In this document: positions 37,101 through 49,110 of the stretch, in pieces
Numbering within the stretch: position 1 is the first letter of the stretch
Layout of the letters: each line of letters begins with the position of its first letter
Assembly: GCA_001179505.1 (NCBI GenBank)
Contig: CDMY01000458.1
Coordinates: forward strand, 8,505 to 72,504
Length of the DNA stretch: 64,000 bases
From: Vitrella brassicaformis CCMP3155
Taxonomy: Eukaryota; Protista; Chromerida
Direction of reading: 5' to 3'
Made by a program: the position numbers and the translations under genes
Notes under the pieces: model-generated
The model's database searches: none
Seen by the model: only the letters and a program-made list of their open reading frames with translations
Told to the model about the DNA's origin: nothing

Positions 37101-37547
37101 GCAACGTTCTGCACGTCAAATATATCGGGCCGCGCCTCGAGCACCTCCATGAGGGTCATGGGGTTGCGGGGGTAGGCCTCCTTTAGCGACAGCATCAAAC
37201 TCCGACCATAGTGCGCCGAATAACTGCAACACCACACCATCATCCACCAGAATGGATGGATGGATGTGTGTGTGTGCAGGGCAGGGCACCGACCTTGCGG
37301 CGAGTTGTTCGATGGCGAGTGGCTGCGGCCTCAGCAGATCCACCAGCTGGTTTGTCAGAGAGACCGCATCCGGGCTGAGGTGGGCCGCCATCCGCAGAGC
37401 CACCATGTCAAACGGGACGCCGCTGGCCGACACAGCCTGCAGGCAGCAACACAGACAGCACACGCTCAACGACACAGACAGATACCTGTGCACCACCATG
37501 TGTTTGTTGCCACTACCATCGCAAGGCGATTCCGGTGTTGTAAACAC
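33213..37547 (-). CDS. LOTUS/OST-HTH x3 + OAS-like (2'-5' oligoadenylate synthetase fold) protein, about 17 exons
   Basis: Spliced translation gives EVVRGGGVGKGLVTLEKADALIVLMV, VKEAMRLVHLW..PSDYLLELLGIHA, FASLNLTW and RPLVMDPADPFTNLA, collinear with OAS1 motifs. The N-terminal part has three winged-helix-like units ending in PDIFDV, PQLFQF and PQTFRL. Confidence 0.85.
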
Positions 37548-37623
37548 AACGGAAAGCGACCAGCGTTCTGATCTCTGAGTCTTACCCGTGTATCAAGACC
37601 ATCCATTCACGCAGGGAAGAAAA

Positions 37624-39890
37624 ATGGGCGCCTTTAAGGGCTGCAAAGCGGCCTACTGGTCCGTGGCCGTGCTGGCCATCCTGAAATGGTTCTTCCTCCG
37701 AGCCATCACCCTCGTCAACCTCTCTCCAGCTGCAGCAGATAGCCATCTGGACCAGCCCCTGTTGCTCACATTCCTCACCTTCCTTCCCACGACCGCCCTG
37801 TCCACCGTGCTCGTCGTGTGGCTCCTGTGGTGGTGGTGGTGGTGTGCGCCGCTGGAGGAGGGCGACAGACCCAGACCACCCCAGGGCCCCCCGGTGGCCT
37901 CGGCCGCCTCGGCAACCATGGTGGCCTCTGCGGCCGGCGTCCCGCCCGGCACGCCAGAGATCGCTATCGTCGAGAGGGGGCTGCTCTCATCACCGATGGC
38001 ACACGGAGCGAGGCTCTCCCTCGCTGAGGCGGTGTGCCGGATGCTGTGGCTGGGGTTCATGCCGGCGGTGCTGGACGCCCTCGCCACGGTCATGCTGCTA
38101 TACGCCTTTGTCCGCCTTCCCAATGGGCTGTTCTCTCTGCTGCGGTCCTCCCTCCTCGTGTTTGTGCCCATCTGCTGCCAGTGTGTGCTGCACGCCGGCG
38201 TGCTGACGCGGATGCAGCATGTGGGGGGCTGGGTCGTTGCCGCGGGGCTTGCTCTTGCGGCGTATACGGCGGTGTTTGAGCAGCCGGCCACTGCTGGTGC
38301 TGGTGTGGGTGTGGTGTTGGCTTTGGCGGCGGGGTTGATGCAGGCGGTGCATGTGGTGTGGGAGGCGGTGTGCTATGAACAGCTTCTCGACCCGAACGAG
38401 GCGGAAGGTCTCAGATCGGTAGGTTGCGTGGTGATGTGCGCGGCGGTTTTGTGGGCATGGATGGCTGGATGTGTGTGTGTGTGTGTGTGTGTGTGCAGGT
38501 GGTGTTTGTGTGTCTCGAGGGGTTTTGGAGCATGGGCATGGTGGTCGTCGTCATGTTTGTCGTCCCCCTGCACACCAGGGTCGACTTGTGGCACACAGCC
38601 GTCCTGGTACACACACACACACACACACACACACATGAAGGAGGACAAGGGGGAGGGGCTGCATCGCATCGGCCGTCTGTCAGAGTTTGTTCTGCGTGTG
38701 TCGTGTCGTTGTGTGCAGGGATTTCACAACGAGGCCCTCCTGCTGTGTGCGGGCGGATTCACTCTACTGGCGGCGATGCACCTCTACAGTGAGGGAGACG
38801 GAGAGAGCACACAGACAGACCAGACAGACGGAGAGGCCGTCTCTTTCTCATGCTATGCCGTCTCTGTTCCCTCTGTCAGCCGTTTTTTGCTGCTATGACC
38901 AAGCAGCTGGCCACAGATGCCTTGCGGAACTCCTGACAACACTCGCCATGTGCGCCTGCCTTTGTATGCCGACACGCATCTATGTCTCTGTGTGTCTGTC
39001 TGTCTCTCTCTGTGTGTGTGCAGGTATGGGTTGGACGAGCTGCTGTGGCGCTATTATGGGTATGAGGGGTACGGCCCCATCTTTGTCCACTCCGTCGATA
39101 TGGCCTTCAAGATCGTGGGCGTCGGCCTCGTCACAGCTGGCAAGAACACCAGACCACATCACTGCGCGGCGAATGTGGTGCTGTTGTCCATCTCTCTCTG
39201 TCTCTGTGTGTGTCTGTGTGTGTCTGTGGTTGTGCTGGCTAGGTACAATGTTGTACGCCGAGTGCGCGTCGATTCGGGACTGCTGCCCGCTGACCCTCCC
39301 CCCTCCCCGACCAGCCCCGCTACACATCCCCGACAACCACATGTTCGCTCCCAACGCCCCGCCCCCCTGCACAGCCAAGTACATGCCCCGCCATCCCCTC
39401 ATCCCCCCTCTACTCAAACAACCGAAGACCACCCACCACGGTGCACACAAGGGGGCCCCTCATCGGCCCTCTGCGACGCCTGGAGCCGCCCAGCAGCAGC
39501 AGTGGCAGTGGCAGCGAGGAGGCGCTCGCGAGAGTGGGGCAGCAGCTGCAGAGGCCTGTGCGGAACCTGATCCGCTTTCTGAGGGACGGACATCCCCCCG
39601 AGAGCATGACGCGCGCCACGAGCCTGCAAGAGCCGATTCTTCCTCGTGGTGGGGGTGAGGACCATGACCATGATCAGGGGCGAGAGATATATGAGGCGCT
39701 GGCGGGAGAGCTGCGAGGCCCTGATGGGGGGAGTGGAAACGGAGACGCTGTCACGCCGCGGACGGCTGATGCGGTGCTGGAGCGTCCTCATGGGCAGTGG
39801 CGGCCACATGTGCCGGTGACGTATGTGGCCAATACGTATGCCAACACACCGAGGGCTGGCACTGGCCACCACAGTGGCACCCAGCAGTGA
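37624..39890 (+). CDS. SLC35F6: SLC35F6-like drug/metabolite (nucleotide-sugar) transporter
   Basis: Multiple TM helices; PAVLDALATVMLLYAF..FSLLRSSLLVF, GVVLALAAGLMQAVHVVWE and LEGFWS motifs typical of SLC35F6/CRT-like DMT proteins. 3' end uncertain. Confidence 0.7.
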
Positions 39891-41200
39891 GTGAATGATA
39901 CCTGGGCCTGTGGGGTGGTGGGTTGGGGTGTGGGTGTTGGTGCGGGTGTGGGTGTTGGTGCGGGTGTGGGTGTGGGTGACGCTGTGCCGTCCTCTCTCGG
40001 TCGGTAGCCGTTGTTGGCGTTTTGTGTGTCTGTAGCGAATTGGCTGCCGGGCGGCAGCACAGTCATTGAGTGCACAGAGACAGCCAGACGGATTGAGGAT
40101 TGTGTGTGGGGGAGGATCTTGCCTGCGTCCCGTCCTCCATGGTGTCTGTCTGTCTGTCTCGGCTCGCATATCTCCTCCCTGCCCATCCAACGACTAGATA
40201 AAGGAAAAACCGAAAACCATGACTGACTCAAATCTCTTGAACTGACTTGATAAATCACCACGACACACACACACACACACACCCATCCATCCATCCGCCA
40301 CCCCTCCCTCTGTCTCTTCCCTTTGTCTGTCTGTCTGTCTACTGCTGCCACCCACCTTCGGCCTGTCGATCCGCTTCGCCATCTTCCTTCCACGCAGACG
40401 ACAAGGCATGGAGGACACGCGCCGCAGCTCGACAGCCAGGTAACTTAACAAGACGACGCCGTACACAGACAATATACACACACCACCACAAGCGGCGCGT
40501 CCCGCTTACCCACCACAGACAGAGCGAGGCGGATGCACAGCACAGACACACGGACACACACACACAGATGCATAAAACACTAAAGCCAACTGTACTGCAG
40601 GTCAGGTGAGTCACATGCCAATAAGGCTGGTACGATACGCCGGGTAGTAGCATGCAATTGAATTGTGACACACCCGTCCCGTCAGTAAGCAGTACCTGAC
40701 TTTCCCCGTCAGTATGAATAACGCAACGCAACGCAACGCTGTCTATGTGTGTACTAAAATGTCGATCAAACATCACTAGGTACACACATAGTGGCTGGCT
40801 GAGAATACCCCACACACCACGCCACACCACACCACACCACACCACACCCGGTAGGCTGACGACCAACGGAAAAAGACAGACAACACATGATCTCTCCGAC
40901 GACACGAGCAAACAACTCTCGCAACCAAGTAAGCAGCTTCTAAGGGTAAGTGTATGTGTGTTGGGGGATGGGATGGCCTCTGGTTCAGACCGTACTGGGT
41001 AGGCGCAAGACAGGCAGGGAGGGACGGAAAACCATGTAGCTGCCCTCACCACACACGGACAGGTGTGTGTCTGCTGTCAGGGCTGCGACGCCAAGACACC
41101 ACACACGCACCTGTCGGTGGACGATGACGTCAGCTACATGGGCAGTGAGGTACACGATCCACAGGAAGCTAAGCTTAACCAAATAACGCAAAACACGCGA
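39890..41200 (-). CDS. Possible small multi-exon gene with a PT-repeat linker
   Basis: Exon-like segments between microsatellite introns, including SPTPTPAPTPTPAPTPTPQPTTP; frame not resolved. Confidence 0.25.
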
Positions 41201-41340
41201 AACACCTGAGAGACCCACACACACACACAGAGAGACAGAGGGTAGTAAGATGCCAACCACAGGCAGCCTTGTCAACCTCTCCTCTCCCCCTCCCTCACCT
41301 AAATCAATCACTCAGCAGACGATCGATGTCCATGCATGAA

Positions 41341-42060
41341 TCAGTTGCCGCCCTCCTGGCCTTCCTGGCCCTCCTGGAACTCCTGCTGGTCCCTCTCCTC
41401 CTGCCGCAGCTCGTCAGTGGCCTCATCGGGGTCGACCAGCTGATCTTCAGGCACCGTCAGCCACTCAGGAACCGGCCACTTGCGAGTCACGAAACTGCCG
41501 ACCAACACACACACGCACTCCTCCAATCTGTGTCTTTGTTTCTGCTCTCTCTTTAATGCATTGTCAGTCACCTCATTGGCGCAGCGTCGCCGAACACGGC
41601 TGCGATTCGGCACTGTGGGCATTTCTGCAGATTGAGCTTCTTGATGAAGGCCACAACGTCGTACGAGTAGAGGAGGGCGTCGACGTCCCCGTCAATAAGA
41701 GAATGGGCCATAGAGGACAGGCCCACCACCGGCACAAGCGTCGCCTGACACAGACACACACACACACAAACACCGGCCCAACGACATACTCTCTCTGTTG
41801 TGCTTCCGCCCCGTACGTTAGGGAAGAGCATGAGGGCCATCTGCGCTCGAGTGGTGCCGGCGATGAAGCCTATCCTGATGGAAGGCGTGTTGAGTGCAGC
41901 GACCCCGCGGCTCTCCTCCTCCGTCAGACTGAGGCCGGGGAATGCGCTCAGGTCTGCTGGTGGGGCGCCCTCTGGGACGGTCAGATTGGCGGCCTGAGGA
42001 CCCAGGATGATCGCCGTCTGGTCGCCAGCCAGATAAGGACAGGTGAACCCTGCACACACA

Positions 42061-42095
<35 letters not shown>

Positions 42096-45000
42096 GGAGG
42101 GAGGGAGAGGGGGGGTGGGTGGTCTCCCTTGGCCAGCTCACCGGCGAATTGTTGCCTCAGGGGTGTCCTGAAGATGCTGGCGGTAACGACGTCGTAGTGG
42201 TCGTCATAGAGCGGGGCCACCAGGTCGACGAAGAAGTGCGTCACGACGGGCCGGTGGACGAACTGCACCTCGATCTCGGTGTCATACGCGATGGACAGGC
42301 CCTTGACAATCGCGCCGATCAGATCGACCTCAAATCCCCACACAGTACCGTTCGGCAGGCGATAAGCGAAAGGGGGATAGTCAAAGTCCGACCCCACCCA
42401 CAGCACGCCCTCGTCAAGCACTCTTGCAAACGTCCCTGTGGCATTTCGTGGGTCAGGCAGAGTTGCCGAGCACTCTCCCTCGGCGAGGCTGGTTGCGGCG
42501 ACGGACGGCAGGCCCTCGCTGGCGTTGCCGGCGAAGAAGCGCTGCCATATGGTGGCCCAGCCGCCATTGCCCTCCAGGTAGGCAATCGCGGCCGAGAGGG
42601 CGTCCTGAAGCTGCTGGTCGCCCTCATTGGGGATGTCTACCGCTGCAGAGGGGCTGCCCTCCTGCTGCTGCTGCTCCTCTCCTTCTGCTGCTGGCGGTGC
42701 GGTGGTGGCCTCGAGGAAGGTGTCCTCGACTTGGAGGGCACGTGACTCGCTGGACGTCTCGGCCACTGCATCGTGAACACACACAGGGACGGTGTGCTGA
42801 TGGATGGATGGATGCCCTACCTTGTGGAAGCTCTGATCCGTCTTCTTCGCTGACCCAGACGCCCCCGTCCGGCGAGCTGCTGTCCTCGAGGAAGTAGTAG
42901 GTGTTCCCATCCTCGGTGAAGAAGTAGGTGTTGTTGCACAGGACGATCTCGCCGTCAACGGCACCCACTTGATCGCACTGCTCGTCACTGACAGACACCA
43001 AATAATCAGGAGAGAAGGAGAGGGCCCGTGTGTGGAGAGAGAGAGGGGGGGGGGGGGGGGGGGGGNNNNNNNNNNNNNNNNNNNNNNNNNNNNNNNNNNN
43101 NNNNNNNNNNNNNNNNNNNNNNNNNNNNNNNNNNNNNNNNNNNNNNNNNNNNNNNNNNNNNNNNNNNNNNNNNNNNNNNNNNNNNNNNNNNNNNNNNNNN
43201 NNNNNNNNNNNNNNNNNNNNNNNNNNNNNNNNNNNNNNNNNNNNNNNNNNNNNNNNNNNNNNNNNNNNNNNNNNNNNNNNNNNNNNNNNNNNNNNNNNNN
43301 NNNNNNNNNNNNNNNNNNNNNNNNNNNNNNNNNNNNNNNNNNNNNNNNNNNNNNNNNNNNNNNNNGGTGGTGTGTAGGGATGCATGGCTGGTCTGCTCAC
43401 TCTGCGGGTGGTGGCTGTGGGTCTTGGCCGCCTGTTGTGGCATTGCCCGGGGCGAAGAAGTACGTCTGATTGCCTTCACACACACACACACACACACGAC
43501 CAGAGAGTGTGAGAGTACACTTCTCTCGCGGTCTCTCTCGGCATCGGCATCGGCGTACCAACGGTGTAGAAGTATGTGCCGTTGTAGTACTGCAGCTCGC
43601 CCTCAACGTCCTCCAGACCCGGCACATCCACAGCCTCGCCCTCGTCAGGGATGAACCTACACACACACACACACACACATGGCACAAGTGGCGGCATGCT
43701 TGTGAGTCGTATCCCTCCACTCACTCCACTCGCTGACTCACCCCGCAGGTGGCGACTCCACGCCCTGCTCCCCTTCAAACAGCTCGGGAGAGTACGGCAG
43801 ATCAGCAGGGGGCAGATAGGAGTTGGGATCGTAGTACTGGTCTTCTGTCGAGGTGGTTGGTGGCGCCTCCTCGCCGGTCGTCACTTCCTCACACACGCCC
43901 TCATAGCAACTGGCCGAGCAGCACTGCACCGAGTCGGCGCACTCAAACCCTCCCTCGGCACAAGCCGTCGAGTAGTAGACGGTGGTGTCGTACCGGTCGT
44001 CGCCATAGTCAGCGTACCCCCCATAACCGACAAACGGATACCACCACCCTCCGCCTCGGACGGGCAGCACCACAGGGATCGGATAGCGCCACCGTGGGAA
44101 GCGCCAGAACCTCGGGCGGTAGGAGAATGGCGGCCTGTAGAGGCCTGGCGGAACGGGGTATCTTCTCCTCACGGGCGGCCTCACTGGCACGCGTCGAGGG
44201 ATTGGGACGCCCACCCTGGGTGGGGGGAGGGGTCTGCGAGCCACCGGCAGCCGGGGTCTCGGCGGCACATACGGACGACGCGCACCAGGACGGAACGACT
44301 GAGCACATCACATAGAGCACAGACCAGGTGAGATGGGGAGGTAGGCAAACGCCCTCCGTGCCACCTCAGCTGACTCACCGGTGGCCTGGGTCTGAAAGCG
44401 GGTGGCCTGGCCGCAGGTGGCCTCGGCCGAGGGCCTGCACCTGGACGGCCAACAGGAGGCCTCACAGCTGGTGGGCGAGGCCGCGGACCTGGTGCACCTG
44501 GCCGTGGGCCCGGCCCGCCCGGACGAGTCGCAGGGGGCCTTGGCGGTTGAGGGCGCGGCGCGGGGCGGGTACCCGGCCGAGGAGCGACTGGCTGACCGGG
44601 ACGAGCACCGCGGTCCCATTGCCTGATCGGGTGACACGCACATCACATGAGGCAATGGTAGGTACGTGTCCCTGTCCTCTCCCCGCCCTCGTTCGCTCAC
44701 CGTGCGACTTGGTTGGCTCTGTTGGCGAGATCGGGGCTGATCTGACCCGACGGGCGACTGGGCTGCGACCTGGACGGGGATGGCCGTGGCTGTGGCTGAG
44801 GCCTTGGCTGCGATGGCCGTGGCTGTGGTCTCTGGACGGGCCGAGAGGGAGCAGTGGGCCGACTCTGGACAGGAACACGAGCACCACCTCCCTGTGTGAG
44901 CAGACAGCACCACACACACACACGGAAGAGCCAGTTCAGCCGTCCCTTCTGCCGTGAGGTGCGTCCTGCCTGTGATGTGAGGTGATGTCTGTGTGTGCCT

Positions 45001-45238
45001 ACCCCGCTGTAGCCTCCTCCGCCGAAGGAACGGCCTCCTCCGCCGCCTCTAAAGCCTCCCCGGCCGCCACCTCGACCTCGCTGCGCATCTGAGAACGTCA
45101 CAAAATCAGTGATTGGTCAGATCTGTGTTCTGACGGGTATATCTGTGTGCATGGGTGCGTGTGGGAGGCCCCATGCCCACCTGATGCGATAAGGATGGCG
45201 GCGGCCAGAAGGAGCAGATTCTGACAAAACCTTCTCAT
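41341..45238 (-). CDS. Secreted Gly/Pro/Arg-rich + cystine-knot + circularly permuted SBP_bac_3 (type 2 periplasmic-binding) protein
   Basis: Signal MRRFCQNLLLLAAAILIA; RGG and PR-rich exons; CAEGGFECADSVQCCSASCYEGVC; VLWVGSDFDYPPF..GFEVDLI..YDVVTASIFRTPLR..FTCPYL..GDVDALL. Splice phases match across the 43066-43365 gap. Confidence 0.75.
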
Positions 45239-45310
45239 GGTTGGGGTCAGGGAGAGTACGACAAGGAGAGTGACAGTCAGACAAAGCCAGCGAGAGATCC
45301 TTCTCCCTTC

Positions 45311-45328
45311 AGCTCGCATCTGCGAGCT
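45311..45328. promoter_or_regulatory. Palindrome AGCTCGCA-TC-TGCGAGCT in a divergent promoter
   Basis: Perfect 8-bp inverted repeat in the 110-bp spacer between two divergent ATGs; the same 8-mer occurs in two other divergent spacers. Confidence 0.45.
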
Positions 45329-45348
45329 TAGCCGCAGAGTTTCTCTCG

Positions 45349-47440
45349 ATGGCTTTCTCCTGCGTATCTGTGACCGTGGTGGTCTCCCTGGTGGCCCTCG
45401 TGTGGCCTGGATCCTCTGTTGCTTCTCATGGCGACTCACGGCGGAGTCCGCCCAACATATACCGCAAAGCGGCTCAGCACCATGCCCATGCGGCAGCAGG
45501 GGAGAGCGGAGGGCCGGCATACGTCACCAAGTACTTCTCCAGCGACGTTGATCACTTTAACTATGAGGGTAGGATCAGCGGATCACTGACTCGGAGACGG
45601 TCAGTTCAGAATCTGTCTGCTCTGCCGTTGCGGTGTGTGCAAAGACAACAGGACGTTCGCTATGCGCGTGTTGGTCAACGAGGAGCGGTGGGATGGACAG
45701 AAGGGGCGGCCAATTATCTTCTACACAGGTGCGTCGGTGGGGGTGACTGGCTGTTGGATGGTCATTCATTCATGACTCTCGGTGTGGTGTGCAGGCAATG
45801 AGGGTCCCATTGACTTGTTCTGGAACAACAGCCGCTTCTGGACGGAGACCGTCCGCGACCACTTTGGCGGCGTTGTGGTGTTCGCCGAGCACCGCTACTT
45901 CGGAGAGACCATGCCCTTCGGCAACAAGTCATTCGAGCGACAGAATATCGGATACTGCACCATCGAACAGGTGGACAGGACACGTTGGGGTGCCATCCAT
46001 CCATCCATCCATCTATCCATCCGACCATTTGTGTGTGTCTTTCTCTTGTCAGGTGCTGGAGGACTATGCGGTGCTGCTGATGCGCCTCCAGTCGACCAAG
46101 TACGGTAGGGGGCCGATACTGGCAGGTGGAGGGTCATACGGCGGCATGCTGGCAGCATGGTTCAGGTTTGTGGAAACCGCCACGTCAGCCAGCCACACAC
46201 ACTGCTCTCACTGTCCTCCGTGTGCAGGTTGAAGTACCCCTCTCTGGTGACGGGCTCCCTGGCCGCCTCGGCACCGGTGCTGCAATACGTCAACATGACC
46301 GACCAATACATGTGGTTCGCCAAGGTTACTGAGGACTTTCGATCAGCCGGCTGTGCCGACGGCATCAAGACGGCATTCACGTTTCTGGAACAAGCCACCA
46401 AGACTCTCAAACACAACAAAAAGGACAAGGCCACGGCGGCTCTGCGGCACTCACACAGGCAGACGGACGAGCGGCAGCAGACAGTGGATGATCTCGCCGG
46501 CACCTTCTCCACCTGCACACCCATCGAGAACGGCACCCAGGTCGAGTCGCTCATCGCGTGGATGATGGACGCGTTCGGCGAGCTGGCGATGGTCGACTAT
46601 CCCTACCCGGCCTCGTTTCTCGGCTCACTGCCTGCCTGGCCCGTCACCAAGTTCTGTGAGGGGTACGGCAGCACTGCTGCTGCTGCTGCTAGTGTGTCCG
46701 ATCGGCGTGGTGTGTGGATGGCCATGAGGAGGGGGCTGGACGCAGCGGGGCTGGCGGAGAAGGGCAAGTGCCTCAACATACAGACCACGGGCGAAGACGA
46801 CTCACTCGGTGAGCAGATGAACAGAAAGGGGCAACCACATGGTTCATTGCTGTATGTGTGACGGTGTTCATTTAGGCGCTTTGGATGGGTGGGACTATCT
46901 GACGTGCACGACGCAGAGCATGCCCATCGGCAGCAACGGTGACACCGACATGTTCCCTCCGTCGCCATACAACCTCACCGCTGTCGTCGACGGATGCCGC
47001 AAGAAATACGGTGTCACGCCAGACTTCACATGGCCCAGAAGGTGAGATATGAGAGGACCTCCGACACGACACACCGACCGACCCACCCACAAGTGTGTGT
47101 GTGTGTCTATGTCTATGTTGGTCGTGTCAGGTATTCTAACTACTTCGAGGGCTGCAGCAACATCATCTTCAGCAACGGGCTGCTCGATCCATGGTGGACC
47201 GGCTCCTTCCACCACTCGCCTTCGCCGTCGTGTGTGGTGCTCAACGTCACTGAGGGAGCCCATCACCTCGACCTGCGTGCGCCGTCGGACGAGGACCCTT
47301 TGTCTGTGCGGCGTGTGCGTGAGAGGGAGCTGGGCATCATGCAGGGGTGGGTTGACGCATTCTATGGTGCTGCTGCTGCTGCTGGAGAGGAGAGGAGACG
47401 GCGGGGAGAGGAGGGCAGGGAGACATTGGTCTACCAATGA
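45349..47440 (+). CDS. PRCP: Lysosomal Pro-X carboxypeptidase, peptidase S28
   Basis: DHFNY, FYTGNEG, FAEHRYFGETMPFG, GGSYGGMLAAWFRLKYP..AASAPV, SNIIFSNGLLDPW, GAHHLDLR; the Ser/Asp/His triad is present. Confidence 0.95.
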
Positions 47441-48539
47441 AGAGACAGACAGACAGACAAGAGACTGTGTGGTGGGTGGGTGGGTCGTGGCTGAGCTGTG
47501 GATAGGGTGAATAGCGTTGCGGTTGCTTGGCGAACGAGATCATGGGGAGTCCTTTCTGTTGCCGTCGTGATGTACCAGATGGACTCATGCAGCGACAGGG
47601 ACGCGTCCGGTGGTCCGAGCAGGCCATCGTCGATGTGTTCTTGTTGTTGTAGGTCACCCACTGATCGCCACGACGGCCGACTGGCCATCACAGAAGTGGT
47701 TGACATTGCATCCAGATGCGCGCAGACGGAGAGCAGTGAGCCGCTCTTTTGCGCGTGCTTCCGTGCCGGACGGAGATGTCTTTATTATGGGTGTCCCTGA
47801 TGAATGAATGCTGCAATTACTGGACGAAACCGTGCTGAAGGCGTATCCTTCATGAGTGACAGAAGCCATTGACATGCACTACACGCATGCAGACAGGTCG
47901 TGAGACGCTGTCAGTCAGCTGTTGTCCACATCTATCTGTCTGTATACGAGATGCAGGCACACGTACAGATCACTTGGAGGATAACAAGAAAGAAACCAGT
48001 CAGTCACTGTGCCGATCGACCTACTATGTGTGTATCTAAAAAGTGAGCGCAGTGGTCGAGGAGGAGGAAGACCAAACATCAATCACCCGACTCCAAATGA
48101 CAACAAACAACAGTATGCTCACGTACTGAGCCGAGTGTATCCAGGTGTGCTCTCTCTCTACCACCACTCACATGCAAACACACTGAAAACTGTCTTGCTT
48201 CTTCTCTGCCTCCCCCTCGCCCCCCTGCCTCTCAGCCCGAACAGCATCAACTCGAGGGTCTTCCCGTCGTCTCCTCCCTTGACAGGCAGAAGACCAACAC
48301 AGACACAGCATACAGCACATCCACGGTGGACTGCACGCCACGCCCCTCGTCCACCTGTGTGCTCACTGACCTGCTTGCTGCCCTGCCGGTGTCGAGACGA
48401 TTGTGCTGCTGGCGTGTAAATCTTGATTGAACGAATGCACAGACAGAAGGGAACACATGCAGAAGGGAGGGCAGGTCACAAATGAAAAGCTGGTCCCCGC
48501 CTGTCAGTCTGGCCGTTGGATGCATCATCGACGTACGTA

Positions 48540-49110
48540 CTTACCTGAGTTGGGCACACGGCGGAATGAGATGAAGTTCCCCCCTTGTTCCGTCCACTCC
48601 GTGCCTTCCCCTTCAGCGAAGAACTGGCTCGTCGGGACAGTCCGGTCCTTGACGAGGTCGTGACCGATGAACTGACAGAGAGACAGACAGACAGAGGTGA
48701 CCCACTGGAGGTCATTGCCATCCACCCCTCCCTCCCTCCCCTTGCCTGAATCTCGCTCGCCCGCGCATTCTGGACATTCCCGTACAGCTCGAAGAGATGC
48801 TCCTGCACGTCGCCGATTGTCGGGGGGTCTGGGACACACTAGGCTGCTGTGGTGTCTGAGTCTGGGTCGTATGCGGATACCCCTGAACGACCATCAGTCA
48901 TGTTGTAGAATCGCACGATCTCTCCTTTCGTCATCGAGAGTTTGTCACACGGCGGAAGAAGATGCTCTTCTTCCAGTCCGTGCCTTCCTTTTCACCAAAG
49001 AACTGGCTCGTCGGGATAGTCCGGTCCTTGACGACATCGTGACCGACGAACTGAATCTCGCTCGCGCGCGCACCCTCGGTATGCCTGTACAGCACGATGA
49101 AATGCCGCTG
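48540..49110 (-). pseudogene. Two adjacent paralogous coding segments (ARASEIQF.GHD.VKDRT.PTSQFF), one intron-containing and one intronless
   Basis: Copy 1 at about 48540-48805 has a GC-AG intron at 48672-48745. Copy 2 at about 48930-49110 is contiguous at the same junction and ends in a stop. Confidence 0.55.
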
